The notes below the pieces were generated by a model. The model saw only the letters and a list, made by a program, of their open reading frames with translations, was not told the origin of the DNA and made no database searches. 64,000 nucleotides of DNA from contig JADHRR010000003.1 in NCBI GenBank assembly GCA_016777305.1, positions 856 through 64,855 on the forward strand. Direction: 5' to 3'. This DNA is from Flavobacteriaceae bacterium (GTDB lineage Bacteria; Bacteroidota; Bacteroidia; Flavobacteriales; Flavobacteriaceae). Shown piece by piece: positions 47,264 to 57,264 of the stretch; position 1 is the stretch's first letter, and every line of letters starts with the position of its first letter. Position numbers and translations under genes: made by a program.

Positions 47264-48810
47264 GCTTCCTTAGGATCTAATACGACATATGGTATAATCA
47301 TTTCTTCCATCGAAATACCTCCATGCTGGTAGGTATCTTTAAAATATGAAACATAATGATTAAAGTTATTTGGATAAGCAAAGAAACTTTCATTTTTTGC
47401 AAAAATAAATGGACTATTAATTGAAACAGATGGTAGACCGATTTTATTTGGCTCCATAAAAGAAATTACTTCTTTATAATTGAATGATAAACTTTTACCT
47501 GTTTTATATCTAAGATTTGAGCTTAAATCTTTGTTTCCAATTACTTTTGTTGGATTTTTCACGTTTATAGTACCATGGTCTGTAGTTATTATTAATTTAA
47601 AATTTAGTTCCGCAGCTTTTTTTATTATTCCCATTAGAGGAGAATTGTTAAACCAACTAGCAGTTAATGATCTGTAACTTTTATCATTGGAGGCTAGTTC
47701 TTTAATCATCTCCATTTCAGTTTTAGAATGAGATAACATATCAACAAAGTTGTATACTAAAGTAATTAAATCATTTTCAGTTTTAGATTTAAAATCATCT
47801 TCCAACTTTTTGCCATTGTTTAAATTCGTTATCTTAATGTATTCGTTTTTTAAATTAGATAACCCCAATTTTTTTAAATTTTCTTGTAATAATTCTTTTT
47901 CATAAAGATTTTTTCCTCCCTCTTCGTGGTCAAATTTCCAATATTGAGGAAATTTATTTTTTATATCTAACGGCATTAAGCCTGAAAATAAGGCATTTCT
48001 AGCATATTGAGTAGCTGTAGGTAGAATACTAAAATACGGCTCTTCCAAAATTTTGTTATAATATTTTAAAATGTAAGGCTCAATAGTTTTCCACTGATCA
48101 TATCTTAGATTATCAATAACCACAAATAAAGTTTTTTGAGAGGGAGATATTTCATTTGTTAATCTATCTGAAATTAGTCGATTTGAAAGTACTGGCTTAT
48201 CCTCAAATCCATTGATCCAATTTTCATAGTTGTTATCAATAAATTTTGAAAATGAGTTATTACATTCAGTTTTTTGAGAAATTAATATCTCTTCCATTGT
48301 AGATTCACCAGTATCATTTAATCGAAGTTCCCAGTATATGAGTTTTAAATATAGATTTACCCAATCTTGATAACAATTAGCAGCGGATAAATCGTTTGAA
48401 ATCTTTCTGAACTCTTGTTGGTAATTTGTTAAAGTTCTCTCTGAAACTAATTTAGACTGAGAGAGAGCTTTTTTTAGACTCAATAAGATTTGATTAGGAT
48501 TAACCGGCTTAATTAAATAATCAGATATTTTATTTCCTATTGCATCTTCCATTATGTTTTCTTCCTCACTTTTGGTAATCATTATTATTGGAACATTGTA
48601 GTCAAGCTCATTTATAATATTTAAAACCTCCAATCCACTTAAACCAACCATGTTTTCATCTAATAATAGTGCTGAGTATTTATTTTTTTTAAACATCTCT
48701 ATACCTTCAACTCCGTTATTAGAAACATCTAATTTGTATCCCTTATTTTCAAGAAATATTATCAAGGGCTTTAATAAATCTATTTCATCATCAATCCAAA
48801 GAACTCTCAT
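47260..48810 (-). CDS. porX: response regulator with PglZ/alkaline-phosphatase-like output domain (PorX-type, T9SS-associated)
   Basis: CheY receiver (MRVLWIDDEIDLL..ALLLDENMVGLSG..MITKSEE) followed by a PglZ-like domain (VIDNLRYDQW, DMLSH, TTDHG). I prefer ATG 48810 over 48861. Confidence 0.8.
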   Translation of the reverse strand: MRVLWIDDEIDLLKPLIIFLENKGYKLDVSNNGVEGIEMFKKNKYSALLLDENMVGLSGLEVLNIINELDYNVPIIMITKSEEENIMEDAIGNKISDYLIKPVNPNQILLSLKKALSQSKLVSERTLTNYQQEFRKISNDLSAANCYQDWVNLYLKLIYWELRLNDTGESTMEEILISQKTECNNSFSKFIDNNYENWINGFEDKPVLSNRLISDRLTNEISPSQKTLFVVIDNLRYDQWKTIEPYILKYYNKILEEPYFSILPTATQYARNALFSGLMPLDIKNKFPQYWKFDHEEGGKNLYEKELLQENLKKLGLSNLKNEYIKITNLNNGKKLEDDFKSKTENDLITLVYNFVDMLSHSKTEMEMIKELASNDKSYRSLTASWFNNSPLMGIIKKAAELNFKLIITTDHGTINVKNPTKVIGNKDLSSNLRYKTGKSLSFNYKEVISFMEPNKIGLPSVSINSPFIFAKNESFFAYPNNFNHYVSYFKDTYQHGGISMEEMIIPYVVLDPKEA

Positions 48811-48912
48811 GGTTAAGTAATTATAATTATTTACATATATAAAACGTATAAATTTAAGCAATTATTATAATCATACATTATCAATTAACGTATGTTTTAT
48901 CTTATTTTTTCA

Positions 48913-48920
48913 TATTTTTG
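48913..48920 (+). promoter_or_regulatory. candidate -7 box (TATTTTTG) for the lpxD operon
   Basis: Matches TAnnTTTG. Its TTG is the start codon the ORF track used, and the G is 6 nt upstream of ATG 48927. Confidence 0.35.
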
Positions 48921-48926
48921 CAGAGT

Positions 48927-49910
48927 ATGAATTATAGTGCCTTAAAATTAGCAGAATATTTAGACGGTAAAATACAAGGTGACCCTGATGTTAAGGTCAC
49001 TAATATTGCTAAAATACAAGAGGCAAATAGAGATTCTGTTACATTTCTTTCAAATAAAAAATACAATCAATATGTTTACAGCACTAAAGCTTCAATAATA
49101 GTAGTTGATAATGATTTTAATATTGATAATCTTATTACGCCTGTAATTATTAGAGTTGAGAATGCATATATTGGTTTTGTTAAGATGTTGCATCTATTTA
49201 ATAAAACTAAAGAAATTCAAGCAGGTATTAGTGAATTGTCTAACATCTCAGAAAGCTCAGATATTTCAAATAGTGTTTATATTGGTTCTTTTTCTACAAT
49301 TTGCTCAAATACAAAACTTCATGAAAATGTAATAATTCATGAAAATGTTTTTATTGGAGAAAATGTAATAATTGGTAGTAACACTATTATTTATTCTGGA
49401 GTTAAAATCTTAAACGACTGTATTATTGGAAATAATTGTATAATTAATTCAAACTCTGTAATTGGATCTGATGGCTTTGGTTTTGCACCTGATAAAACGG
49501 GTACTTATATCAAAATACCTCAAATTGGAAATGTTATTATTAAAGATAATGTAAGTGTTGGGGCTTTGACTACAATAGATAGGGCTACCTTAGGATCTAC
49601 AATTGTAAATGAGGGAGTTAAATTAGATAACCAAGTTCAAATAGCACACAATGTTATTATTGGAAAAAATACTGTAATTGCAGCTCAATCTGGTATTGCT
49701 GGTTCATCTATTATTGGAGAAAACTGTCAGTTAGGTGGACAATCCGGAGTTAGTGGACATCTTAATATTGGGGATAACGTCAAAATCATGGGTAAATCTG
49801 CAGTTACTAACAATATTAAAAGCAATACAACTGTTAAAGGTTCTCCTGCATTTAACTCTACAGATTTTAACAGATCTTATGTGCACTTTAAAAATTTAAA
49901 TAATAAATAA
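48927..49910 (+). CDS. lpxD: UDP-3-O-acylglucosamine N-acyltransferase
   Basis: N-terminal LpxD domain (LAEYLDGKIQGD) followed by hexapeptide left-handed beta-helix repeats. Confidence 0.88.
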   Translation: MNYSALKLAEYLDGKIQGDPDVKVTNIAKIQEANRDSVTFLSNKKYNQYVYSTKASIIVVDNDFNIDNLITPVIIRVENAYIGFVKMLHLFNKTKEIQAGISELSNISESSDISNSVYIGSFSTICSNTKLHENVIIHENVFIGENVIIGSNTIIYSGVKILNDCIIGNNCIINSNSVIGSDGFGFAPDKTGTYIKIPQIGNVIIKDNVSVGALTTIDRATLGSTIVNEGVKLDNQVQIAHNVIIGKNTVIAAQSGIAGSSIIGENCQLGGQSGVSGHLNIGDNVKIMGKSAVTNNIKSNTTVKGSPAFNSTDFNRSYVHFKNLNNK

Positions 49911-51310
49911 TGATTACTACCGAAATAAAACAAACTACAATATCCAAACCTATCTCGCTAAGTGGAGTTGGTTTACATACTGGACAAGAAGTTAAATTAA
50001 CATTTATTCCTGCTAAAGCTGATAATGGATATACTTTTACCAGAATTGATTTGGATGGTAATCCGATAATCGAAGCTAATATTAATTTTGTTACCAGTAC
50101 TCAAAGAGGCACAGTACTTGAAAAAAATGGTGTAACTATACAGACATGCGAACATGTTTTAGCGGCATTGGTCGGTTTAGAGATAGATAATGTTAATATT
50201 GAGTTAAATGCTTCTGAGCCACCAATAATGGATGGGTCTTCAAAATATTTTGTAGAAGCATTAGAGTCAGCTGGTAAAGTAGATTTAGATTTATTTAGAA
50301 AAGAGTATGTTGTCAATAATGTTATTTCATATAAAGATGAAAAGTCAGGAAGTGAAATTACCATAATTCCAAGTGATCGTTACGAGGTTACAACAATGGT
50401 AGATTTTGGAACTAAAATATTAGGAACACAAAATGCTACATTGAACTATTTAGAAGATTTTAAAAATGAAATTGCAAACTCTAGAACTTTTAGCTTTCTT
50501 CACGAAATTGAAATGTTATTAAACGAAGGTCTAATTAAAGGTGGCGATTTAAATAATGCAATTGTATATGTAGATAAAGAATTATCTAAATCTACAATGG
50601 AAAAGTTAAAAATAGCTTTTAATAAAAATGACATTAAAGTTAAGTCTAATGGAATATTAGATAATTTGACTTTACACTACCCAAATGAAGCTGCTAGACA
50701 TAAGTTATTAGATGTTATTGGTGATTTAGCTTTAGTTGGAGTTAGATTAAGAGGTAAGGTTATAGCTAACAAACCTGGACATTATGTAAATACAAAATTT
50801 GCTAAAAAATTAAGTGATATAATTAAGATTGAAAAGAAAAACAATGTACCTAATGTTGATTTAAACAGTGTTCCAATAATGGATACTAATAGAATCATGG
50901 AAGTCTTACCGCATAGACCACCATTTTTATTTGTAGACAAAATTTATGAGCTTTCAAACTCTAAAGTTGTAGGAGTGAAAAATGTAACTATAAATGAAAC
51001 ATTTTTTAAGGGACACTTCCCTGGTTTTCCTGTAATGCCTGGTGTATTAATCGTTGAAGCAATGGCTCAAATTGGTGGTATACTAGTTTTAAATACATTT
51101 GAAAATCCAGAAGATTATTTAACTTTTTTTGCTAAGATCGATAAAGTTAAATTTAAAAATAAGGTTTTTCCTGGTGATACAATTATTTTTAAGTGTACTT
51201 TAATATCTCCAATTAGAAGAGGCATATGTCATATGCAAGGATATGCTTATGCAAGCGGAAAATTATGTGCGGAAGCTGAATTGATAGCGCAAATAACTAA
51301 AGTTAAATAA
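49910..51310 (+). CDS. lpxC-fabZ: bifunctional UDP-3-O-acyl-GlcNAc deacetylase / 3-hydroxyacyl-ACP dehydratase
   Basis: The N-terminal LpxC part has GVGLHTGQ, CEHVLAAL and HKLLDVIGDL. The C-terminal FabZ part has LPHRPPFLFVD and GHFPGFPVMPGVLIVEAMAQ. 466 aa. Confidence 0.92.
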   Translation: MITTEIKQTTISKPISLSGVGLHTGQEVKLTFIPAKADNGYTFTRIDLDGNPIIEANINFVTSTQRGTVLEKNGVTIQTCEHVLAALVGLEIDNVNIELNASEPPIMDGSSKYFVEALESAGKVDLDLFRKEYVVNNVISYKDEKSGSEITIIPSDRYEVTTMVDFGTKILGTQNATLNYLEDFKNEIANSRTFSFLHEIEMLLNEGLIKGGDLNNAIVYVDKELSKSTMEKLKIAFNKNDIKVKSNGILDNLTLHYPNEAARHKLLDVIGDLALVGVRLRGKVIANKPGHYVNTKFAKKLSDIIKIEKKNNVPNVDLNSVPIMDTNRIMEVLPHRPPFLFVDKIYELSNSKVVGVKNVTINETFFKGHFPGFPVMPGVLIVEAMAQIGGILVLNTFENPEDYLTFFAKIDKVKFKNKVFPGDTIIFKCTLISPIRRGICHMQGYAYASGKLCAEAELIAQITKVK

Positions 51311-52090
51311 ATGAAACAACCATTATCATATATACACCCAAGTGCAAAAATCGCAAAAAATGTAGTAATTGAACCATTTACAACAATAGATGGAAACGTA
51401 ACTATTGGTGAAGGAACTTGGATAGGACCAAATGTAACCATCATGGATGGTGCAAGAATAGGAAAAAACTGTAGTGTTTTTCCTGGATCAGTTATTTCTG
51501 CAGTACCGCAAGACTTAAAGTATAATGACGAAGAGACTACAGTTGAAATTGGCGATAATGTTACCATTAGGGAGTGTGTAACTATAAATAAGGGTACTTC
51601 TGATAGAATGAAGACTGTAATTGGTAATAACTGCCTTATTATGGCTTATTGTCACGTAGCTCATGATTGCATAATTGGAGATAATTGTATATTCTCAAAC
51701 AACTCCACTCTTGCCGGTCATGTAACTGTAGGAGACTATGTTATTATTTCTGGTATGGCTGCGGTACATCAATTTTGTTCTATAGGTGATCATGCTTTTG
51801 TTACTGGGGGTTCTCTTGTTAGAAAAGATGTTCCTCCATATGTAAAAGCAGCAAGAGAACCTTTATCTTATGTTGGAATTAATTCTGTTGGTTTACGTAG
51901 AAGAGGCTTTGATTCTAAAAAAATATCTGAAATTCAGAATATTTATAGATATTTATATCAAAAGAATTATAATAATACTCAAGCAAGTCAAATTATTGAA
52001 GCAGAAATGGAGGCATCTACTGAAAGAGATAAAATTTTACTATTTATAAAAAATTCACATAGAGGTATAATGAAAGGATACTTCAAATAA
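51311..52090 (+). CDS. lpxA: acyl-ACP--UDP-N-acetylglucosamine O-acyltransferase
   Basis: Hexapeptide repeats plus an LpxA C-terminal helical domain (GINSVGLRRRGF). 259 aa. Confidence 0.9.
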   Translation: MKQPLSYIHPSAKIAKNVVIEPFTTIDGNVTIGEGTWIGPNVTIMDGARIGKNCSVFPGSVISAVPQDLKYNDEETTVEIGDNVTIRECVTINKGTSDRMKTVIGNNCLIMAYCHVAHDCIIGDNCIFSNNSTLAGHVTVGDYVIISGMAAVHQFCSIGDHAFVTGGSLVRKDVPPYVKAAREPLSYVGINSVGLRRRGFDSKKISEIQNIYRYLYQKNYNNTQASQIIEAEMEASTERDKILLFIKNSHRGIMKGYFK

Positions 52091-52097
52091 AATTAAT

Positions 52098-52664
52098 ATG
52101 GCAAATACAAGTGACATAAGAAATGGATTATGCATAAGATATAATCATGACATTTTTAAAATAATTGAGTTCTTACATGTAAAACCTGGAAAAGGACCTG
52201 CCTTTGTTAGAACAAAACTTAAAAGTGTTACTAACGGTAAAGTAATTGATAATACATTCTCTGCTGGTCATAAAATTGATGAGGTAAGAGTTGAAACTCA
52301 TAAATATCAGTTTTTGTATAATGACGGAGATGATTTTCATTTTATGAACTCTCAGGATTACAATCAAATTTCTTTAAGTAAAAACTTAATTGATAGTTCT
52401 AATTTGTTAAAAGAAGGGGTTTTAGTAACCGTAATTATTAATTCTGAAGATGGACTGCCACTATCTGTAGAAATGCCTGCTAGTGTTGTTTTAGAAGTTA
52501 TTTCAGCTGAGCCTGGAGTTAAAGGTAATACAGCTACAAATGCAACAAAACCTGCAACTGTTGAAACTGGAGCCATAATTAATGTACCTCTTTTTATTAA
52601 TGAGGGTGATAAAATAAAAATTGAAACTGAAAAAGGAACATATAAAGAAAGATTTAAAGAATAA
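52098..52664 (+). CDS. efp: elongation factor P
   Basis: It has VKPGKGPAFVRTKLK, with Lys32 at the loop tip. 188 aa. Confidence 0.92.
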   Translation: MANTSDIRNGLCIRYNHDIFKIIEFLHVKPGKGPAFVRTKLKSVTNGKVIDNTFSAGHKIDEVRVETHKYQFLYNDGDDFHFMNSQDYNQISLSKNLIDSSNLLKEGVLVTVIINSEDGLPLSVEMPASVVLEVISAEPGVKGNTATNATKPATVETGAIINVPLFINEGDKIKIETEKGTYKERFKE

Positions 52665-52667
52665 AAT

Positions 52668-53540
52668 ATGAGTGTATTAGTTGACAAAAATTCAAGAATT
52701 ATAGTTCAAGGTTTTACAGGTGGCGAGGGAACTTTCCACTCTAATCAAATGATAGAGTATGGAACTAATTTAGTTGGAGGAGTAACACCAGGAAAAGGTG
52801 GTACAAAACATTTAGGATTGCCTGTTTACAATACTGTAGAAGAGGCTGTTTATAAATTAAACGCTGACACATCTATTATTTTTGTTCCGCCAGCATTTGC
52901 TGCTGATGCAATAATGGAGGCAGCTGATGCAAAAATTAAAACTATAATTACAATTACGGAAGGGATACCAACTTCAGATATGATTAAGGTTAAAAATTAC
53001 CTAAACAATAAAGATTGTGTTTTAGTTGGACCTAATTGTCCTGGAGTTATAACTCCTGATGAAGCTAAAGTGGGTATAATGCCTGGCTTTGTATTTAAGA
53101 AAGGTAATGTAGGTATTGTTTCTAAATCAGGTACTTTAACTTATGAAGCAGCTGATCAGGTAGTAAAACAGGGTTATGGAATTAGTACCGCAATTGGAAT
53201 CGGTGGGGATCCTATAATTGGAACTACAACTAAAGATGCTTTAGAGATGCTAATAAATGATGATGAAACAAACTGTGTAGTGATGATTGGTGAAATTGGT
53301 GGACAGCTTGAGGCAGATGCTGCTAACTGGTATAAATCAAGTGGAAGTAATAAACCTGTAGTTGGATTTATTGCAGGTGAAACAGCACCAGCTGGAAGAA
53401 CAATGGGGCATGCAGGAGCAATAGTGGGTGGTAGTGACGATACAGCTCAGGCTAAAAAAGAAATATTAACCAAGTGTGGAATTAATGTTGTTAATTCACC
53501 TGCCGATATTGGTAAAGAAGTTAAACTTATTCTTAATTAA
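52668..53540 (+). CDS. sucD: succinate--CoA ligase subunit alpha
   Basis: It has VQGFTGGEGTFH, SKSGTLTYE and the phosphohistidine region GHAGAIV. 290 aa. Confidence 0.92.
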   Translation: MSVLVDKNSRIIVQGFTGGEGTFHSNQMIEYGTNLVGGVTPGKGGTKHLGLPVYNTVEEAVYKLNADTSIIFVPPAFAADAIMEAADAKIKTIITITEGIPTSDMIKVKNYLNNKDCVLVGPNCPGVITPDEAKVGIMPGFVFKKGNVGIVSKSGTLTYEAADQVVKQGYGISTAIGIGGDPIIGTTTKDALEMLINDDETNCVVMIGEIGGQLEADAANWYKSSGSNKPVVGFIAGETAPAGRTMGHAGAIVGGSDDTAQAKKEILTKCGINVVNSPADIGKEVKLILN

Positions 53541-53546
53541 AGACAT

Positions 53547-54290
53547 ATGTTATTAAAAGACAAAAACGTAATTATAACAGGCGCGACAAGAGGCATAGGT
53601 AAAGGTATTGCTTTAGAATTTGCAAAACAAGGTGCAAATATAGCATTTACCTACAGTAGATCTGTAGATGAAGCTAAGGGTTTAGAAAAAGAATTATCAA
53701 AGTTTGGTGTAAAAGCAAAATCATTTCAAAGTGATGCTTCTAAATATGATGATTCGCATAAATTAATTGAAAGTATTCTTTTGTATTTTGATACAATTGA
53801 TGTCTTAGTTAATAATGCGGGCATTACAAAAGATAATTTATTAATGAGAATGCAAGAGTCTGATTTTGATTTAGTTATAAGTGTTAATCTAAAGTCAGTA
53901 TTTAATATGACTAAAGCTGTTCAAAAAACAATGCTTAAGCAAAGATATGGCTCTATAATAAACATGAGCTCTGTAGTTGGAGTTAAAGGAAATGCAGGAC
54001 AAACTAATTATGCTGCATCAAAAGCTGGAATTATTGGGTTTTCTAAATCAGTTGCTTTAGAACTTGGGTCAAGAAACATAAGATGTAATGTCGTTGCGCC
54101 AGGATTTATCGAAACTGAAATGACTGCAGAACTTAATGAAGATACAGTTAATGAATGGAGAAAAGGTATTCCACTTAAAAGAGGAGGGACCCCACAAGAT
54201 ATTGCAAATACATGCACATGGTTAGCCAGTGATTTATCTTCTTATGTGACAGGTCAAGTTATTAATGTTGATGGTGGAATGCTAACATAA
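53547..54290 (+). CDS. fabG: 3-oxoacyl-ACP reductase
   Basis: SDR motifs TGATRGIGKGIA, NNAG and YAASKAG. 247 aa. Confidence 0.88.
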   Translation: MLLKDKNVIITGATRGIGKGIALEFAKQGANIAFTYSRSVDEAKGLEKELSKFGVKAKSFQSDASKYDDSHKLIESILLYFDTIDVLVNNAGITKDNLLMRMQESDFDLVISVNLKSVFNMTKAVQKTMLKQRYGSIINMSSVVGVKGNAGQTNYAASKAGIIGFSKSVALELGSRNIRCNVVAPGFIETEMTAELNEDTVNEWRKGIPLKRGGTPQDIANTCTWLASDLSSYVTGQVINVDGGMLT

Positions 54291-54338
54291 ATAATAATTT
54301 TTATATATTAATTTAATACAAACAAAAACAAAAAAAAC

Positions 54339-55157
54339 ATGGAAAAATTACCAAAAATTGGATTACCCTTAGTTATATTATTTTCTCTATTCTTGCTTGT
54401 AGCAGGAAGATTATTTTATAATATTAATGCCGGAGAAGCTGGAGTTATATTTAAGACTTTTGACGGTGGTGTTGAAACAGATAAACCACCATTAGGAGAA
54501 GGATTTCAATTCGTTTGGCCATGGAATAGTGTAGTCATTTATGAAGTTAGACAACAAGAAGTCTTTGAAAAAATGAACGTACTTTCTTCAAATGGTCTTG
54601 AAATTAAATTAGAAGCTTCTGCATGGTTTCAACCTAATCAAGAAGAATTAGGTAAGCTTCACCAGGAAAAAGGAGTTAATTATAAAAATAGAATTTTATT
54701 ACCAGCAATAAGATCTGCAGCTAGAAGCGTTGTGGGTAGGTACACACCTGAACAACTTTATTCTAGTAAAAGAGATGCTATTCAAACTGAAATTTATGAT
54801 GAAACAAAGAAAATTGTTGAAGACCAATATATTCAACTAAATGAAATTTTAGTTAGAGATGTAACTCTTCCACCTACAATTAAAGAAGCGATAGAAAGAA
54901 AGCTTAAGCAAGAGCAAGAGTCTTTAGAGTACGAATTTAGACTTGAGAGTGCTAGAAAAGAAGCAGATAAAGTTAGAATTGATGCTCAAGGTAAAGCAGA
55001 TGCGAATAGAATATTAAATTCCTCATTAACAACTAATATTTTAAGAGATAAAGGTATTGAAGCTACAATTAAGCTTTCTGAATCAAATAATAGTAAAGTT
55101 ATTGTTATTGGATCTGGTGAATCAGGTCTTCCTATTATACTAGGAGGGAACAACTAG
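54339..55157 (+). CDS. SPFH/Band-7 (prohibitin-like) membrane protein
   Basis: N-terminal TM anchor, an SPFH core and a coiled-coil (KLKQEQESLEYEFRLESARKEADK). Confidence 0.8.
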   Translation: MEKLPKIGLPLVILFSLFLLVAGRLFYNINAGEAGVIFKTFDGGVETDKPPLGEGFQFVWPWNSVVIYEVRQQEVFEKMNVLSSNGLEIKLEASAWFQPNQEELGKLHQEKGVNYKNRILLPAIRSAARSVVGRYTPEQLYSSKRDAIQTEIYDETKKIVEDQYIQLNEILVRDVTLPPTIKEAIERKLKQEQESLEYEFRLESARKEADKVRIDAQGKADANRILNSSLTTNILRDKGIEATIKLSESNNSKVIVIGSGESGLPIILGGNN

Positions 55158-55176
55158 TCTATAAATTTTATTAAAA

Positions 55177-55212
55177 AGACCTCATAATTAAATTTATGGG
55201 GTCTTTTTATTT
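55177..55212 (+). terminator. rho-independent terminator after the SPFH gene
   Basis: AGACCTCATA (55177..55186) pairs with TATGGGGTCT (55195..55204), giving 10 bp with one G-U. The loop is 8 nt (ATTAAATT) and is followed by TTTTATTT. An A-run precedes the stem. Confidence 0.8.
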
Positions 55213-55227
55213 AAAACATAACATAAA

Positions 55228-56010
55228 ATGAATTTAAACAATTATTACTTAATAGAAATTCAATTTTTAGGATACAGATTTCATGGTTGGCAAAAACAAC
55301 CTAAAATTAAAACTGTGCATTTAATGATTGATCGTACTATTAACTATGTACTTGAAAATAATAAATTTAAAACTCTAGGTGCAGGAAGAACTGATGCTAT
55401 GGTATCAGCAAACCAAACCGCTTTTGAATTATTTACTGAATTACCAATATTTAATTTAGAAGAGTTTTTGAAATTAGTAAACACTAATTTACCTCAAGAT
55501 ATTAGAGCGTTAAATATTAAAACAGTTCCAAAGGAATTTAATGTTATTAATGATTCTAAAATAAAAGAATATAAATACTTATTTTCAGAAGGAAGTAAAA
55601 ACCATCCTTATTGTGCTCCGTTTATCACAACTTTTTTAGATAGTTTAAATATAGACCTGATGAAGGAAGGAGCAAAGCTATTTGAAGGGAAACACAATTT
55701 CAAGTCTTATTGTTATAAACCCCATGAAAATGGAATATTTGACAGAGAGATTTTCTATTGTAAAATTTCTTTTAATACTACTTTAAAAGCTAATTTCTTT
55801 CCTAACAAAAGCTACGAATTAACTGTTAAAGGAAAAGGATTTATGAGAAATCAAATTAGACTTATGATGGGAGTTTTAGTTGAATTGGGTAGAGGAGAGG
55901 TAAGCTTAGATTATATAAAGGAATCTCTTAGTAAATATAATCCACAAATAAACTACATAGCACCTGCATCAGGACTTATGCTTAATAAAGTTGATTTTAT
56001 TGATTATTAA
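55228..56010 (+). CDS. truA: tRNA pseudouridine(38-40) synthase
   Basis: It has YDGTxF-type FLGYRFHGWQKQ and the catalytic Asp in GAGRTDAMVSA. 260 aa. Confidence 0.88.
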   Translation: MNLNNYYLIEIQFLGYRFHGWQKQPKIKTVHLMIDRTINYVLENNKFKTLGAGRTDAMVSANQTAFELFTELPIFNLEEFLKLVNTNLPQDIRALNIKTVPKEFNVINDSKIKEYKYLFSEGSKNHPYCAPFITTFLDSLNIDLMKEGAKLFEGKHNFKSYCYKPHENGIFDREIFYCKISFNTTLKANFFPNKSYELTVKGKGFMRNQIRLMMGVLVELGRGEVSLDYIKESLSKYNPQINYIAPASGLMLNKVDFIDY

Positions 56011-56034
56011 ATACATCTATAGATTTATTTTTTA

Positions 56035-56042
56035 TATTTTTG
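56035..56042 (+). promoter_or_regulatory. candidate -7 box (TATTTTTG) for the MscS-family gene
   Basis: Matches TAnnTTTG. Its TTG is the ORF-track start, and the G is 12 nt upstream of ATG 56055. Confidence 0.35.
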
Positions 56043-56054
56043 AAAAAATGTATT

Positions 56055-57152
56055 ATGGAAACAATTGAATTTATAAATATTAAAATTTTTGAAAACACAT
56101 TAAAAGATTATCTATATCTTCTTTTGTTTGTTGTTATAGGTTATCTAATAATAATACCTGTAAAATCAATTATTATTAAGATTCTATTTAAATTTTTTGG
56201 TAAAGATCATAATGATATCGACACCCTTGAGTTTAAGAATTTACTTAACAAACCATTACAGTATTTTTTGATATTAATTTTATTCTTTTTTTCATTAAAA
56301 TTTATTAATATTCCAACCTTTTTAACTTCATCTGAACAAGGGGTTGATATTAGCGTTATTGCTTCTAAAGGCTTTAATTTTTTATTATTGACAACAGTTT
56401 TTTGGGTAATATTAAGATCTATTGATTTTGTCGGATATAAATTAAAAAATAAAGCACTTGAAACTGAGAGTAAAGTAGATGATCAATTAATTCCTTTTGC
56501 AATTGACTTAGCCAAAGTTATTGCTATTGTTTTGGGTGTTGTTATGATTTTGGGAGATGTTTTTGAGGTCAATATCACAGCATTGGTTACTGGGTTAGGA
56601 ATAGGTGGGGTTGCTTTTGCTTTGGCCTCCAAGGAAAGTTTGGAGAATTTATTAGGTTCCTTTACTATTTTCTTTGATAAACCTTTTACTGTTGGCGATA
56701 CAGTGACTATAGGAGGAGTAACTGGAACCGTTGAAAAAGTTGGTTTTAGAAGTACAAGAATTAGAACCTTTGATAAAAGTGTAGTTACAGTACCAAATAA
56801 AAATATCATTGGTGCCGAGTTAGATAATCTTGGAGCTAGACCCGTTAGGAGAGTTAAGTTTAATATTGGTCTTACTTATGACACTTCCGTTGAAAATATT
56901 AAAAATATTGTTAATGATATTCAAAAATTGATCGATGATCATGCTTCAACTAATCAAGATGGTAGAGTTAGATTTTTAAATTTTGGGACAAGTTCGTTAG
57001 ATATAATGATCTTGTACTATGTAAATAGCCCGAATTGGGAAGATCTAATTGATGCTCAGCAAAAGATTAATTATGATATTATTGATATCGTAAATAAATA
57101 CAAATGTGAGTTTGCGTTTCCATCAACATCAGTTTATATCGAAAAAAATTAA
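56055..57152 (+). CDS. mechanosensitive ion channel (MscS family)
   Basis: Several TM helices, then the MscS beta-domain (PFTVGDTVTIGGVTGTVEKVGFRSTRIRTFDKSVVTVPN). Confidence 0.85.
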   Translation: METIEFINIKIFENTLKDYLYLLLFVVIGYLIIIPVKSIIIKILFKFFGKDHNDIDTLEFKNLLNKPLQYFLILILFFFSLKFINIPTFLTSSEQGVDISVIASKGFNFLLLTTVFWVILRSIDFVGYKLKNKALETESKVDDQLIPFAIDLAKVIAIVLGVVMILGDVFEVNITALVTGLGIGGVAFALASKESLENLLGSFTIFFDKPFTVGDTVTIGGVTGTVEKVGFRSTRIRTFDKSVVTVPNKNIIGAELDNLGARPVRRVKFNIGLTYDTSVENIKNIVNDIQKLIDDHASTNQDGRVRFLNFGTSSLDIMILYYVNSPNWEDLIDAQQKINYDIIDIVNKYKCEFAFPSTSVYIEKN

Positions 57153-57264
57153 TTTATTTTTAATTGTAAAATTAAGAATTGAACTTTTCTATATTAAAAA
57201 AAATTGAAAGGCTTAAATCCCTATTTTACATAATATAAATTATAGGACATTAAATATTGTTTTT

